A DNA stretch of 58,873 bases, counting the filler, from Sphacelaria rigidula (Eukaryota), in assembly GCA_964200075.2 (NCBI GenBank). It is 10 parts of 10 records of this genome, joined end to end, with 100 filler letters (N's around TTAATTAATTAA, not from the genome) between each part and the next. Parts side by side here need not be neighbours in the genome. Positions count along the whole stretch, not along the records: positions 35,386 to 41,182 come from CAXNAA020024394.1; positions 41,283 to 47,079 come from CAXNAA020024395.1; positions 47,180 to 52,976 come from CAXNAA020024396.1; 7 more parts are not named here. One strand, 5' to 3'. The first letter of the stretch is position 1; each line of letters starts with the position of its first letter. Positions 36,906 to 51,227 of the stretch are shown here, one piece after another. Below the pieces are notes generated by a model, which was given only the letters and a program-made list of their open reading frames with translations, was not told the DNA's origin and did no database searches. Made by a program: the position numbers and the translations under genes.

Positions 36906-39900
36906 GGGGCGTTATGGAGTGGTGAGTGATCCTTCAATAGAGAGCGGGAAGGGAGGGGGGCGGGGGGGGTTATTTTGCGAAATACAGGGGCTGACAGGTG
37001 TGTTGGACAATCTGCCACACTCGGCGCGCTTGTTTTGGACGAAACCGGTGTCAAAGAGTACGAATGAGTGTGTCATATTGTTGACAAGCGAGTTCGAACA
37101 GTAGTTGCTGCTTTCAACAGCGAGTTGAACTGGGATTTCGTGCAAGGAATGGCCCGAAACACCCCCCCCCCCTCTCCCCTGCCCGATGGTAGGATTACTC
37201 TTGTGCGGTGTGGTGTGTTGTGTTGTGGAGTGGTGTGGTTTCATACACACGGGCGTCGCGTTGTCCGCTGTTTGTGCAATGTATACATACAGTACCGTAC
37301 CGTACAGATGGGGCTCTCTCCACTACATACGATGATGATGGGCTTGCTTTTGACACATACGTATACGTACACGAATACGTATAAGTATGTACAATAATAC
37401 GTATATGGATCCATATTATTACCTCTTTTTTTTGTTTACCCAGAAATGATGGTAAGTTGGGTTTATATCGTTCTGATTTTACCTTACAGTGTAGTAGACG
37501 TTTTTTTTAAATATTTTCTTGTTTTTCCTAGCGGCGTTTGAATTCGGACGTGTGCGTATAACGGCGAAAATGAGAAGGAGGAGGAGGAGGAGGAGGGGGT
37601 TGGGGTCCCTCTGTCTACAGCCACGGCATAAAATCGCCGAGGCGAGGTGTCCACACCGGTATCCGAAGTGAACTTTGATTGTGTGCAGGACCGTAGATTC
37701 CATACTGCACGCAGTGCACTTCTCGACAATGAAATCTTTTGTCATATTCCATAGTGTCAACTTTCATACAGAATGCTGTAGTTTCACATATAGCGAGATG
37801 AATCTGCCGTTTTTTGTTTTTTACGATCATCATGATTTGTTGCGCCAGCGCCCGGTTGACCTTTTCAGCTGTTTTGGGAGGCAAAATATTCACGGAATAT
37901 TCTTCCCTTCCCCCCCCCTCCCTTCCCCCCCGGATGGATATAGCACTCCGTGCTGCTCAAAATATACTATTTGGTTTTGTATGTTTCCACCGCTACTCGT
38001 TGGTGTCTTTTAGGGGAAGTCGGGCGGCCGGGGGGGGAAGGGAGGGGGAAGGAGGGGGGGGGGCGACGCTGGGGAGAGGGTGAAGTCGAATGAGGTCCCT
38101 CCCCTGTGAAGCTCAGTAGAGATCTTTCACGGAAGTTTAGCTTGTTTTTCGAAGGCTGTATCGTGAATCAAACAAGTGTTGTCTGTATGATCGATGCCTG
38201 TTTCTCTCGCTACATGAAAAAAAACCGGAAAGCGAAAAAAAGTTGAGCATCACTTGTAACTATGTACACGGTAAAATAATGCGCTGTCGCCGCAGGCGTA
38301 GTTGTTAGTGCCGGGTATCTTCTTTGGGCGCAGCCTCATAACTCCAAGGTCGGCGGGTGGGTGCACGCATGATCATGCATGCCATAGTCATAAGATCATT
38401 CGGCGGGTGGGTGGGGGGGGTGAGAAAAAAGTGTTAGTACGTCTCATGTCTTACGTGCCGTAGTAGGTTTTGCAATACATATACACCGCTGGAATATTCA
38501 TCGCCACGAAGTGGGTGTTATACAAAGTACAGTCGGTCGCGCTGTGTACATGTAAAGAAAACCTACGGTATGCATCACACCCTGGGTATTGACGAAAAAA
38601 AAATTACGGTGTCAAGAAGTGTACTGTTGTGTAGGTACAGTACGGAATCTGTTATTGTCTGTCGCAGTAGACGCAATAATAGTAGTCGATACTCTACGAA
38701 GTATAATTTTTGACGATGTAATATCTTTGTCATTATCTATCCTGGGTGTGCAATGCGTATACGCATGTACTTCTGTACAGCTGTACAGCTGCGTCGAGGA
38801 GGACCTCAAGATGTCCCTTCCGTACGATATCATTGATAGTGGTCGTCAGCGTTCAACCGTGGGCGAATAACTTCTCCTTTTTCTCCAGCCCTTTGATCGT
38901 CGGGTTGGGTAGGTGGGTAGGTAGGTGGGTGAGTAGGTAAATAGGTCACCTGGGTCATGCAGTCATTTATTTTCAAGTGTAAGAAGATGACGATTCAACA
39001 GACCGCTTACTCTAGCGGTCGACGGGCTAAGCACGCACATTTTCCCACCGCGTTGACACCGTTGCTTGAAAAAAAGTACGATGATGTTGTCACGGGGGCG
39101 AGGGGAGGGGCGGGGGGATTATTGGAAGGAAAAGATCCGGCCTCTGAAGGATCTCTGTACTTGGAAGAACGGCGGACTGCACATTACACCTTGGGTAATC
39201 GTTTATTCAGGCTTTTTCCATGCCCTTTTTTTCTACCGTTGTACATCCATGGCAATATCACACCCCATGCGACTATGTGCAATGACTTGATTTTAGCGTG
39301 AGCATACTGTTGCTGAGAGGATCTAGACACGTTGGAAGATCTGAAAAGGGGGGGGGGAACTTTGATCATGTTTTGGTCCTGTTTGTCACATTTTGCAAAA
39401 TAAAGCGGAGGTATACAGTATTCATAGCAGTAGTGGGTGGGTGGTGCTTGATGGTGGCGTTGTTGAAGAAAAAAGGGATCGCGTGTGCCCTTTTTGTACG
39501 ATTTATTCAAGTCAACATTTTGCTCTTCCTGTGTATCATGTTCTGATATGATTCATACTACGCTGCCCCCTTGTTGCAGGCGTGGCCATGTGTGTGTGTA
39601 TGTGTGTGTATGTGTGTGTGTAAGTTGCTGCTATAGCTTCTTCCATCTTCTATTTTTGCTTGTATGTTCCTCACTAGGTACTATATTTGTACCTCTATCG
39701 CCTTCTTCCCTCTTTTTTCATATATATATATATATATATATCCACATTTATGTTTGTTCGTGAGGGAAGATGTACGTATCCCCCTCCTCTCCGGCTATCG
39801 ATGCTATCCCCTACAGTGCGTCGGCGAATATAAACCCACTGGGTTAACTTCTAGGATCCGAAAAGCCATCTTCCTGTGTTGGTATATAGTGGGACGGTAA

Positions 39901-41282
39901 CCGCGGTAGTGGAATATTTTATTGATGTTGAGCTTTGCGCTTCTTTGTACTTCATACATACGGGGTGTTCCGTTGTGTTGGCTTACGTGTGTTTCTTTTT
40001 GTTTTATTTTGTGCGCGCGTGTCGCCAAGATTTTTGTATTTTGGATAATGACGAAGTGACTCACTAGGCGAGAGAGACGTACGTGAGCGCTCCATTTCAC
40101 CGGGTGTCCACCGGCGTACGATCGTTCTTGTTTTTGCCTTCCCCCCCTGATTCTTTGTCTTTCCCCTGTCCCATTTTGAAAAAAAACACTGGAAAACCCC
40201 GTTTTCGTAATTGTAGAGTTGGCGTAGTGGTACTACTGCAGGTGCTGTTTTTTGAAAACATTTTCTTCATCTGGCACTTACGAGAGGTATAACGTAAGTG
40301 CAAACTATTTATATTTTTGTTGCTGTGGTGGGGGGGCGGGGTTTGCATGCATGACGGTTGGGACGTGCTATACCGCACGTAGCCCATTTCTGTTCCTGAA
40401 GTGTGACTGTCCGATTTTTCGATAGCGCTCTTCTGCTATTGTTAGTGGTGTCGTTGTTGTCGTTGCCGCTGTCCTTGCCTTGGCGCAGTTGTTGCTGTTG
40501 GCTGTTGTGATTTCTTCGTCGCGTTTTAGTACGTAGCTCTTGGTTTGTCACAACGTCTCCTGCCTCATCGGGTCGGGAAGAAGGTCGTTCACCTACCTTA
40601 TGCGTGTTCATTATATACAGGTTGAAAAATAGTAGATAGCCGTTGACATATTTTTAGCGAGGTGGTTACCTTACTGCACTGCGTATTGTTATAATAGCTT
40701 CAATGTCAAGGCAAAAAAAAAAACTCCCTGCGTGTTCGTTCATTTATTTCATGCCGATCATCATGAAAAACTCGATCGTGACGTGATTTGAATGACTGAA
40801 TAAAGAAAAGGAAACACGCAGCAACAACAACTGAATCATGTTCGCGCGTTATATTACCTGTGTACTTTCATCGCTTGAAAGTGTGTGTGCGCGTAATTTT
40901 GCCCATTAGCTTCGTGTGCTCTATTCCTAATAGGGCGTGAATTTTTGCTGCTGTTCGTTGTCTTCGTTTTGCTTGAGCGTCTTTTTTCTCTGCTAATAGC
41001 AGCAGCAGCAGCATTCACTTGGTGAAAATGGATGGAGGGTTAGCGGGAGGGTACAGAGAATACATATATGTGTGGCATAAATCCGAGGGGGATCGTATGC
41101 GGCATAAATCGGAGGAGGATTCGAGGCAGAGTTGAGGGGGGGGGGGGGGGGGGGGGGGAAGGGGGGGGGGGGGGGGGGGGGGNNNNNNNNNNNNNNNNNN
41201 NNNNNNNNNNNNNNNNNNNNNNNNNNTTAATTAATTAANNNNNNNNNNNNNNNNNNNNNNNNNNNNNNNNNNNNNNNNNNNN

Positions 41283-41597
41283 TTTCGGTATATGTGGTCG
41301 CATCAGCCGGGGTCACACAGGAGGAAGGTCAACACAGGAGCTTTCTCTTTTCTATTTGGTTTTAGTACCCCACCTTCCTTCTGCTGTGCTTGCCTTTTTA
41401 TTTATTTTTCGCGAGAGGGCTTCAGCAGTCTCTTTCCCTCGTCGACCGTTAAGTCGAACTTTGTGTGCCCACGACATAGTCGCTCTTCACTGTTGGGCAT
41501 AGTGTAAGAAAAAATCCCAGATCGCTCCGGGAATCGAACTCCACTATACTCAACCGTCAGAAGGTTATGAGGTTACCTGCTGAGCCACCGGGGCGAG
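41283..41597 (-). mobile_element. SINE family A copy carrying the empty TTAA site
   Basis: Body contains GTCGACCGTTAAGTCGAAC with a single TTAA; head CTGAGCCACCGGGGCGA. Confidence 0.85.
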
Positions 41598-41599
41598 GA

Positions 41600-41745
41600 A
41601 AGTATGCCAGGATTACTACTCCAAGGTGCTGGAGATATCCCGAATGAATTTGCAAACGGGGATGCCCTGACCCATATATTCGTGCATCCAGAATCATTGG
41701 GAGCCCCCGATTTCGCGAAAAAAGTGCACCCCCACCGTAGCATTG
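41600..41745 (+). mobile_element. Right half of a Sola2-like MITE
   Basis: GATATCCCGAATGAATTTGCAAACGGGGATG ... GTGCACCCCCACCGTAGCATTG matches 25028-25286. Confidence 0.8.
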
Positions 41746-41929
41746 ATCCCCAGGATATCCCCGTCAAACTGCAGCAGGAAAGGAGCGTGGTCGTCCCCCC
41801 TGTCAGCGAGGGCATCAAGAGAAAATCGAGGTGTGGATAGTATAGTTCCGTCGCGAAGACAAGTAGGAAATCTGTGGTGAAGAAGCATTAAGGTGTGAAT
41901 AGAAGCAACACAGATAGTAACGGATAAAT

Positions 41930-43622
41930 TCATCTGGAGAGCCATCCGTTACTGAGGTCATAGAGAGTCTCAGTACGTTTAACGGGACAAATTTCCTTGA
42001 GTGGAAACAGTCCGTTCGAGCAGTAGTCTCACTGACACATCCGGGAATTTCAGAAATTATTAACGGCAGAAATCGTCCCGAAGATATTCATGAGCTTAGG
42101 CAGCGACAGGATGTAGGAATTCCGCAACTCAGTGCTAGGAGTACGTCGAGAGTAAGCCCCTTAGCTACACGTTCTAGAAGCCTTCCAACGGGAGCAGGAA
42201 CAGAAACGTCTTTAGAGGAGACGTCGATAGTAAGAGTACCTCTCTCATCAAGTCAGGATTCCGCAGTGGGAGTAGACAGTACTGACACTCACGTACGAAT
42301 AGTCAGTAACGCGCAGGAAGTAGCTGATTTCGATCGCAATAATGAAGTGCTGTTTCATACCTTGTACCCGACTACAACCGGACCTGCGAACAGCTTTTTG
42401 CTGAGGTTCGAACCCCAGGGCGCCGATAGACCTGATGATGGTAAAAGGGCTTGGGAAGGGTTGATTGCGAAGTACCAGAATTCGTCCAAACAAAGACGTT
42501 GGATTCTGATGAGACAGTTAGACACTTTAACCATCTCGCAGGATGAGGACACCGATGTATTCCTCCCAAGTCTATGTCAAATCAACGACGAATTTACTAA
42601 TATGAATGAGAGCGTAAGTGATGAACGCTTAACAGATATAGTCATCGAAGGACTAACTGATGATTACAGTCAAATTAAATACGACGCTGAACGAGATCCT
42701 GATTTTAGCCTGTCACAGATCGAATCCACGATGATGAACCTATATGTCAATCGTTTAGCTCGTAGTAAATGAGGGGAAAAATCTGTAGGTGAAGATAGTG
42801 CTTTGATTGCAACATCGCCTGTAGAATATTCCAGGAGGAAAGCAGTACACCAAGTGAGGTGTTTTACGTGTGGTAAGAATTGTCATTATATACGTGAATG
42901 TAGATCTAGACAGCAGTCTAATGACAGTGGTAGACAGACAAAATGGTGTGCACTGCATAGAATAGTCAACCATGATAACACGGAGTGAGTGTAAAAGTCA
43001 AAATAGGAATAAGGGTACAGGGAGAAATAATGGCAATGTCGGGCACAACAGTGATGTCGCAAATGGTAGCAATCTGGAACATGCACATCAGCAAATAAAC
43101 ACAGTCAACCTGGACACGAGTACGTATTTAGAGCCTATAAATGCACAAGCTCTTCATGCAAGTGCATCATCGGCACAAGTGGTAGATCATTCGACTACAA
43201 GCGAGATGAGATTTACCTTTCTAACAGAGCCTATCGATAATAGCAGTAGAAAAGTAGCCATGTCAACCTCGTTTTCAGTAATAATTGACTCAGGGGGAGC
43301 CACTCACTGTGTAGGCAGTAATTTACTACCTGATATAGAGCGGGAAATGTCAGATTATGTCGAGTTCAGTCCCCCAATAAATATACGAACAGCAGGAGGA
43401 CACCTGCTGAAGGGAACAGGTAAAGGCGTTATAAACACGATAGTGATAAATACCCATGGCTATGAGCGGGCTGTGCATCTACCAGTCATTGTGGTACCCA
43501 AGTTAGGGAAACACCTATTTTCGCCCTGCGAAGCACTCAAGACGGGCGTGAGTACTACTTTTTCAGCAGATCCACATACATGTAGGTTTGGTAAATTTTC
43601 AAGTTCCAGTGAATATTTGTAA
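41930..43622 (+). mobile_element. Ty1/copia LTR retrotransposon remnant: gag (zinc knuckle) and aspartic protease, decayed
   Basis: FNGTNFLEWK, AWEGLIAKY...IEGLTDDY, knuckle CFTCGKNCHYIREC, WCALH and protease IIDSGGATHC, with stops and frameshifts. Confidence 0.88.
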
Positions 43623-44453
43623 CAGCGGGATATGAGGGAGTATAAGCATGAGAATTATCCATGAGGGTAATTCCAGTAGCTCAGCGCTAACAACTACAGT
43701 AGTATCAGAAAAATCAATGAGCATAGGCACAGCTTTGCTAGTCAGTGAGCGAGCAAAAGTGGACCAAGATTCGCGTAGGAGGCAGAAAAAGAGCCGTAAA
43801 AGTAAGATATCATCGATTGAGTCTGAGACAGTAGATCAGAATGAGCGTAGATACCACTCTACAAGTGAGAAAAATGACAATTTTCACCAGCACAGTAAGT
43901 GGCAGCAACAACAGCAATCATCTTCACGACATGAAGCAGCGTATATTAAAGAGATACTAGGGATCAAGGGTGTAGTAGATTCATTATTAGGCAAAAAAAA
44001 TCGAAATAATAAGCAGAAGAAGGCATGCGAGAAATATCAGGAGATCAATTCAGTCACCTGTATACCTGAACAGTAGATCGGTAAAATCGCCTGCGTACAT
44101 CAACAGCAAAGAGGATACACATGTACGTGAAATAGAAACGGCACGATTGCAAAATGAGTTTTTCTCCAAACCCACCCCGAGTAGTGCAAACAGCAGGATT
44201 TTCAATTTCTAGCGACGAATCCAAGAAGCATTCGAGCATCATGGACAACGCCGACGACGTTAACACCAAGAAGCAGCAGACAGACATACTACGGACTTAT
44301 GTTATAGGTATAACGTAGAGAGTAGTAAATGGTGGAGAATAAGCATCATCAACGACGGCTTAGTGTAGCAACGATCGAGTGGGGAACAAGAAGAAAGGAG
44401 AGAAAGTTCGACGACATCAACGAAGTAGATACGAGTATTCGATTTTTTATGGA

Positions 44454-44767
44454 AGAAGATATGAATGAAGTACAGTGAGGTACAGTAACACACGTGGACA
44501 GATAGCACCCTGTGGGGCGCACTGTGCAGGGTCCGTACAGGGTCCTCCATAGTCTTTGTGAAAAAACCCTGACAGTGAAATGCAAAATCTGTACCCGTGG
44601 CAGCGTTTTGTTAGGGTTTTCCCCAGGGTTGGATTTGCAGCGCTGTGTAGGCACGTCGGCAAAGCCCTTCACAGTCATGTGGTAGTGGTTTGGTGAAAAA
44701 ACCTCAAGTGTTTTTTTCGAAAATTCCAAATATTTTGGTACAAAATCTGTAAATTTATATATCTTCA
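44454..44767 (+). repeat. Candidate 3' LTR of the copia element
   Basis: Ends ATATCTTCA; starts AGAAGATAT (8/9 match to TGAAGATAT); no second LTR to confirm. Confidence 0.45.
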
Positions 44768-45034
44768 ATACCTTGTCCTCCTGTCCGAGGTAAATTCCTC
44801 TTCACCCGATTTGAGTCGAGCGAAAACGAATTTATTACGAACAGCAGGTCAAGCTAGGTCCAAAACAGATCCTTTTCTCGCCCGATTAATTTCGGCAAAG
44901 GAAAGGATTTATTTAGAACAGCAGAAGAAGCTGTTCAAGATCGATCCTTTTTTCGCCCATTTTCGAGAGGAGCGAAAAAGGATCTATTTCGAACAGCTCC
45001 TTTTGCTGCGCAAATCCCATGCATACTGGCGGAT

Positions 45035-45442
45035 TCAGAATTCGACCGGTAGAAGAAGCTCGAAATGAATATTTACTTTTCCCTCCAATTCATCCAGAGA
45101 TTGGGGGAAACGAAATTCATGGCGAGCAGCGTTAGCTGCTCGGCAAATCCCGCATACTGCATCGTCACCGGTGCATGGGATCCGACACGCAGAACAAGTT
45201 GCTGAAAGGTATTCATCCTTTAACCCCCGAGTCCATGTATACATGGGTTGAAGGATGAATAGCTCTCTACCGTTTTCGCTGACCAGAGATCCCACACGTT
45301 GGATACGTGGGTATGTCCACACCTGTGCTTCGTTTGAAGGCCCTGGGAAGGTGGGAATATGCCGAATGTTCGGATATACCTCGTGCACGTATATACATTT
45401 TCCCCGAAACCCCGTTTTCCGTTGTCTACTAACACGAGCCAT
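45035..45442 (-). CDS. Hypothetical 135-aa protein with a CxxC...CxxC motif
   Basis: ATG-initiated uninterrupted ORF with complex composition and CSAC...CGIC; no homolog recognised. Confidence 0.35.
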   Translation of the reverse strand: MARVSRQRKTGFRGKCIYVHEVYPNIRHIPTFPGPSNEAQVWTYPRIQRVGSLVSENGRELFILQPMYTWTRGLKDEYLSATCSACRIPCTGDDAVCGICRAANAARHEFRFPQSLDELEGKVNIHFELLLPVEF

Positions 45443-48400
45443 GTTTAGAAAATATCACTTATAATAAATGGTATTTGAATAGTATATATCTGGACCATCA
45501 CTCCGTGTATTTATCACAGCACACAAATCGAACATCACCAAAAGCACCCGCCCGCACAACGGTGCTATTATTCCGCCCAGCGATACGACCACAACCCCGC
45601 AGCAAAGAGCACGGGTTGAGCACAGGGATATAGACACATACACGCACTGCCGTGCGGCGCGGGTGGATATGATGTATTTCTCGTTGGTGGAAACTTGAGC
45701 ACCTACTTCTTTCATAGTCGCGACATCGCGCGGCGACGACATACGCGGGGTGCGTATATATATATATACAGCAGGCACGGGTGCGAAGAACAACAATCAA
45801 CCGGCCGCCTATGGTATGCATATACACATACTCACCATCATATGCATGCTGCGGATCGCGGACGCACCGCGATATAACATATACTGTAGTGCAGCATATA
45901 CAGGCCGCGCGTATACGATATGCTGCACGTTGTTCAAGTCCTTTTCACGTCGCACTGTAGGTAGAGAACATACATATACACATATTGTCCTGCGCTGTCT
46001 GTACTGTATACGTTTCCCGTTCCCTTCGCACGCCCTACTTACTGTGCTGCAGCAGCTGTGCGCGCAAATATATGACGTGGAACTGGCGTGAAAAAGTGGA
46101 GTTCGTGACGGTATATAACACCCGCCCCATATATCAAAATAAGCTGCAGGCATCTATACATCGTATTTATAGCCAGCCATCTGCAGTACATGGCGCCGCA
46201 CGTATAAGCACAGCGGTATAGCGCACTGTCCCGCATGCAACGGTATTGTACAGTCCAGTATAGTTTGTTGTTGTGAATATACATCCTGATTACGCAGTAT
46301 GCGGTAAGATCGATGTTTCATTATCCCCCGTATATTGTGTTAGTTTCGTCGACGCGGGACTACGGGGTTTTCATCAGGTGTAACAATTAATGAGCGAGGT
46401 CAATGGCTTAACGCCACTGTTACATCAGCTGCAACCAAGGCTTGCGTGCAGTGAATAGGACTTGAACAGCTTAAGCTGCTCGCGAGCAACTTCTTTCTCC
46501 ACCGAATTTCACGTGCTCTTGGTGTACAAATTCCATCTTCGATATACGGTGTATGTATAGGATTGTCTGTACAACAGCTGAAGCTCTTCGAAATGAATCC
46601 TTTCATCCTTTCTCAACTATATTCTAGGATATATTTCAAACAGCAGCGGCTGTCCAAATTTCAGATTTCCATTACACTTGTGCCTCTAAAAACATTTCGG
46701 GGGATTCCAGTGTTTTTGACACGGACCTCCGAGGGCGGCCCCGAAATTCAGAAGTACGAAAAACTCGACCAATCCTCGACGACTGTCACGCGTAGCTCCG
46801 TGTGTAACCGGCACGTGACGTTTTTGTGAAGTCGAGGGTCCGACTCCGATCCAACTTGACCAGTTCTTTTTTCCGCCAGTACCTTGCGACCGCAGCTGCT
46901 TGTGAAGAGTAGTGTTTGTGCGTAAACACACTGCACAGCATTCCCAGCAGCGATGAACTATTCACGGGGCGACGGAACCCTGTGATGAACACTATTCATG
47001 ACCACTGTAGAGAAACCCCGTAGCGTCCTGTGATACGCTGGAAAACACTGTACAGTAAAATTATCGCCAGAAACACTGCNNNNNNNNNNNNNNNNNNNNN
47101 NNNNNNNNNNNNNNNNNNNNNNNTTAATTAATTAANNNNNNNNNNNNNNNNNNNNNNNNNNNNNNNNNNNNNNNNNNNNCTCCGTCTCGAAAGGGATGCG
47201 TGGTCAATGGTCAGACGACTAAGGCAAGCAACAAATGAGTACGCCCCCCCCCCCTCCCCACCTTTAGCCTGGTCCGGCGGAAACCCGGTGTGCTCCGTCC
47301 CGGCCTTGTGGGGACGGGCCCCCTATGGGGTCGGCGTCGGTCGGCAACGACGCCATAAAACACGCCACTCACTGCGTAAGCGACGCAACTAGGTCAACGA
47401 TTTGTTTTTGCGCGCTTATTTTTTTTTGCGGTAACCATGATGGTGGCCATGCTAGATCATGTTGTGCGGGGTGGAAGAACCTCAATTCTGCGCAAAGGGG
47501 ATGATCGTACTACGCAGTGTTTACATGGTGAGACACCCATGAGGCAGTGTGTAAGCCGTGGCTGTCTCTGCATGTGGCGATACCAGAAAATGAAGAAACT
47601 CCTTAGAGGCTGTCACCCAAATGCAAGATAATCCGTACGATTTGGGCCGAACGATCTTAGCGGGATGCGGCTCACTCTTCATGCGGTTCGCCGAACACAT
47701 CACGGCGCTTCATGTGCGGTGATTGATCGAGAGCCTGGTCCGGCGCAAACGTGGCGTGCTCCGTCTCGGCATTTTAGGGATGCAAGGCCAATGGTCATCT
47801 GACTATGGCATGCAAGATCATGAGTACACCCCTCCCCACCTCCCTCCCCCCCTCCTCCCTCACGCACCTTCTATTTTAGGAACACCGCGATCTTTTTGAA
47901 TATTTTCTTCAATTTTCTGCTACTTGAAACTCGATTTGTTTCCAACACCTCAAACGTATGTTCCGCAAGGTTTCAAACAAGTTTATATTACAAACGGCTC
48001 GATCCAGCAGCGTTTACCGCCAATTCAGAGGACTGAGTTACCGCCACCGCGTGTCACAACATTGATGCTACCGCGTGCATCCCTGGGACACCTCTCTCGG
48101 ATAATGATTCTCTGTCTAGGATATGGCGGGTACGACCACTTCAGCCTGCACATCACCCCCCTCCAACTCCCCCACAGGAACGTTTTTGACAGAGGTTCGA
48201 AATCGACGCGTTATGATGCCTGAAAACTCCCTCGTTCAAGCACTTGAGAGCTGCAGACCGCAAAATTCACCCCGCACGCCACACACCTTTCGAGCGCGTC
48301 TTATTGTGCATTGTGAGTGGCAGGCTATCAACGCGCGAAGTAGTCGTCTCGTATGAATGACGGAAACGCGAAAAAAGAAAGTTTGCAGAAGGGTCGTCAT

Positions 48401-48874
48401 ATGGATCGACGTTGGGGAAAATCCCCTCAAGATTTCTTGTCGTGCGGATGAGGCAACAGTGCTTAGGATGCCCTACGGTGCTTCAGGAACTCTAGATTCC
48501 TAGAGTATTGTTCATAAGCAGTACTCCCGAGTACCTGGAGTGCCCACTCTCCGAAATTTTGCAGTACTAGGACCATTTCCTGCTGAAAATGTGGAGTATT
48601 ATAGAGTACGTCGGTTTCGACTGCCGAAAACATCAAGTGTTTCCTAGAGTACCTGGAGTATTGACTTCCACAAAGTACTAACGACCCTGAGGACCTGCAC
48701 TACCCGTTGCTCGAAATACTCCACATCCTGAACAGTATATGGTCAACAGTTGCAATAAACATATATATATATATATTGCGTAAAGTATACGCATATTTCA
48801 ACCACGTGTCGAACCCACCATAGTTGCAGTAGGCCTATACTTTACGCAGAACATTTTGCTCCATCGCAATCATT

Positions 48875-49137
48875 CACACGTCGGACACATCATGATCCGT
48901 CTGAAGTGACTAGTGAAAGAAGACGCTCAGATCCGTTGGTCGAAAAACACAAATTATGTGACCGCGGAGTCAGAAAAGCCAAAGCCCAACCTTCGCGCTA
49001 CTCGGTGCGCTCGGCGTCCGGTCTGTACTGTAGGAAGCAAACATGGACACCGGGGGCCAAATTATCCAGATCATGATCCAGATCGGTAGACTGAGAGGAA
49101 GCAATTTTCAGACAGATCATGATTTGTTCGACGGATG
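48875..49137. mobile_element. ~260-bp MITE candidate
   Basis: CGTCGGACACATCATGATCCGTCTGAA pairs with TTCAGACAGATCATGATTTGTTCGACG. Confidence 0.65.
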
Positions 49138-50918
49138 CAGCTGCTTTGACCATATATTGTCCACGGTGTGAAATATGCAGTGTTTTAGAGTACCTGGAAT
49201 GTCGACGATCAAAGATGAAATCGTTCCAAAAATATGGGTAATTTCATGGCCGGGACCCTAAGTAACCGCTTGAAGCGAGCATGCTACGGAATATACTCAG
49301 CGGTGGCAATACGCGTCGTTCAGGATCACGCGTGTGAAAATGATCTCATTTCTTGAAATGGCCTGACTCAATGCTTTGTTGATACTCCGGGTACTATGAA
49401 ATTTGAAGCACTCGTGGCAGGCGACACTCCGGGTACTCTACGAAGCTGGTATTATCTTCTGCATTCGATACTCCAGGTTATCGTGGTAATCTGTATCTTC
49501 GGAAGTCGATATCCCGACTCCAGAATACGAATATTTCAGATCACGTTGAGTATCGGCACAAATCACCCGTGCTTGAACCTTTACCTCATCGTTAACACCT
49601 CTCCAAGAACAGGTAAAACAACGAGGAGACTGTTGCGCTGTACAGATGACGAGTGGAGAAAATGTGCGAAAGAGTTGTGCTGTACGAGTGACGGGTGGAA
49701 CCCACGTTCACGGTGGACCATACCGCACGAATCACGAGATGAAAAAGTGCGCACATAACACGATCTACTGTGTAAGAACCGCACCGATGAATGGCGGACG
49801 ATTTCCTCGAAAGAATCATTCCTTTTGGGGCCCCACTCTCACGAACGACCACAAGCGCGTTTCTCTGGCTGGTCGTTGGTATGGAGAATGGCGCATATAA
49901 TCAGCAACGACCAGGCACGCTCAAGAGACTGCAAGGTGCAGTCCATATATACGGCATCCCACCGATCACATTTAGTGCTACAGCAGTACAGTACGAGTAC
50001 AGTGGTGGTAGGGCACAGCACAGCACAGCACCGCACCACACTGCACTGCACTGCAGACTGTAGTCCTACATAATATGCCCATCTGATTTACTCATAGCCC
50101 TGTCACCGATAGACGTGACTCCCAGCTCGAAGTCGGGGCAGTAACGACGTGCCTTGCTGGATGATAGCAAACCACCAGTGTACTGTGTAAGACCGTATAG
50201 TACGGTATCCACGCCGAGACATATATCAACGGAATCCATGTTCACACGAGTTTTTGTGCAGTATTTGTGGCAGCCTATGCACCCGATCACGCTGCTGCTA
50301 GCCGTGGCTGGAGTGGTCAAGTAGGGGTGGCAACCTCTCCCATTGCTGCGCATTGCAGTCGTCGCGTACTCGCGGTTCACCCTATATCCCATGTCCTTGT
50401 TCGTGTGGGTAAAGTCGGTGTGCCTGTGAAGGGAGCGGGTGTCTTCTTGGGGCTTCTTCGCAGTGTTTGCCTTACTCGGAACCCAAATGATGGAAGATCG
50501 CACAATTTAGTGAAGAGTTTGCTGAACAAGATGAAGTCGTTGCGGCCCCGGCGGGAGGATCCACGTCGTCTGAACTCTGCATCCGTGTTTTCGTTTGCCT
50601 CTCTGTGGAAAAACCTCGTTATCATACAGAGGAATGCTCTCCCCTCGGCATGTCTTTAGTGCATGAACGAAAAAAAATGTCCGTTTTTGGTCACTGGTTG
50701 CTTGATCGCTCCACCCTTCCCAGATATGATCGGTTCAGCACCACCGGAGAATAAAAAATAAAAAAACATCAACACTACATAAATATATTCATATACTACC
50801 GAAACACGGGGTGGAGCCTGAAGGGATAAGGGGCATTTGAATGCCCCGGCAGGGTGCATGTGTATAAATATCATTTTGTATACTAAACTTTACAGGCGAT
50901 TTGTACTTCGGTATACAG

Positions 50919-51227
50919 CCGGTCGCCCTGGTGGCTCACGTAATAACTTCGAAATATTTTGGCGGTTGGGTCGTGGGTTCGAATTTCGGTGAAGTCACAC
51001 GATCTGGGATTTTTTTCCCACTCCGTGCCCAACAGTGGAGAGCGACCACGTCTTGGGCACACAAAATTCGACTCCGCGGTCGACGAGAGAAAGGGACCGC
51101 TGAACCCCTCTCGCGATAAAAAGTTAGGCGAGAACTGCAGAAGGAAGGCGGAGTACTGAAACAAAAGAAAAAAAAAAAACTCTTGTGTTGGCTTTTCTCC
51201 CCTGTGACCCCGGCTGATGCGCCCAAC
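50919..51227 (+). mobile_element. SINE family A copy, 3' end missing
   Basis: GGTCGCCCTGGTGGCTCAC ... GGGTTCGAATT head and conserved body. Confidence 0.85.
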
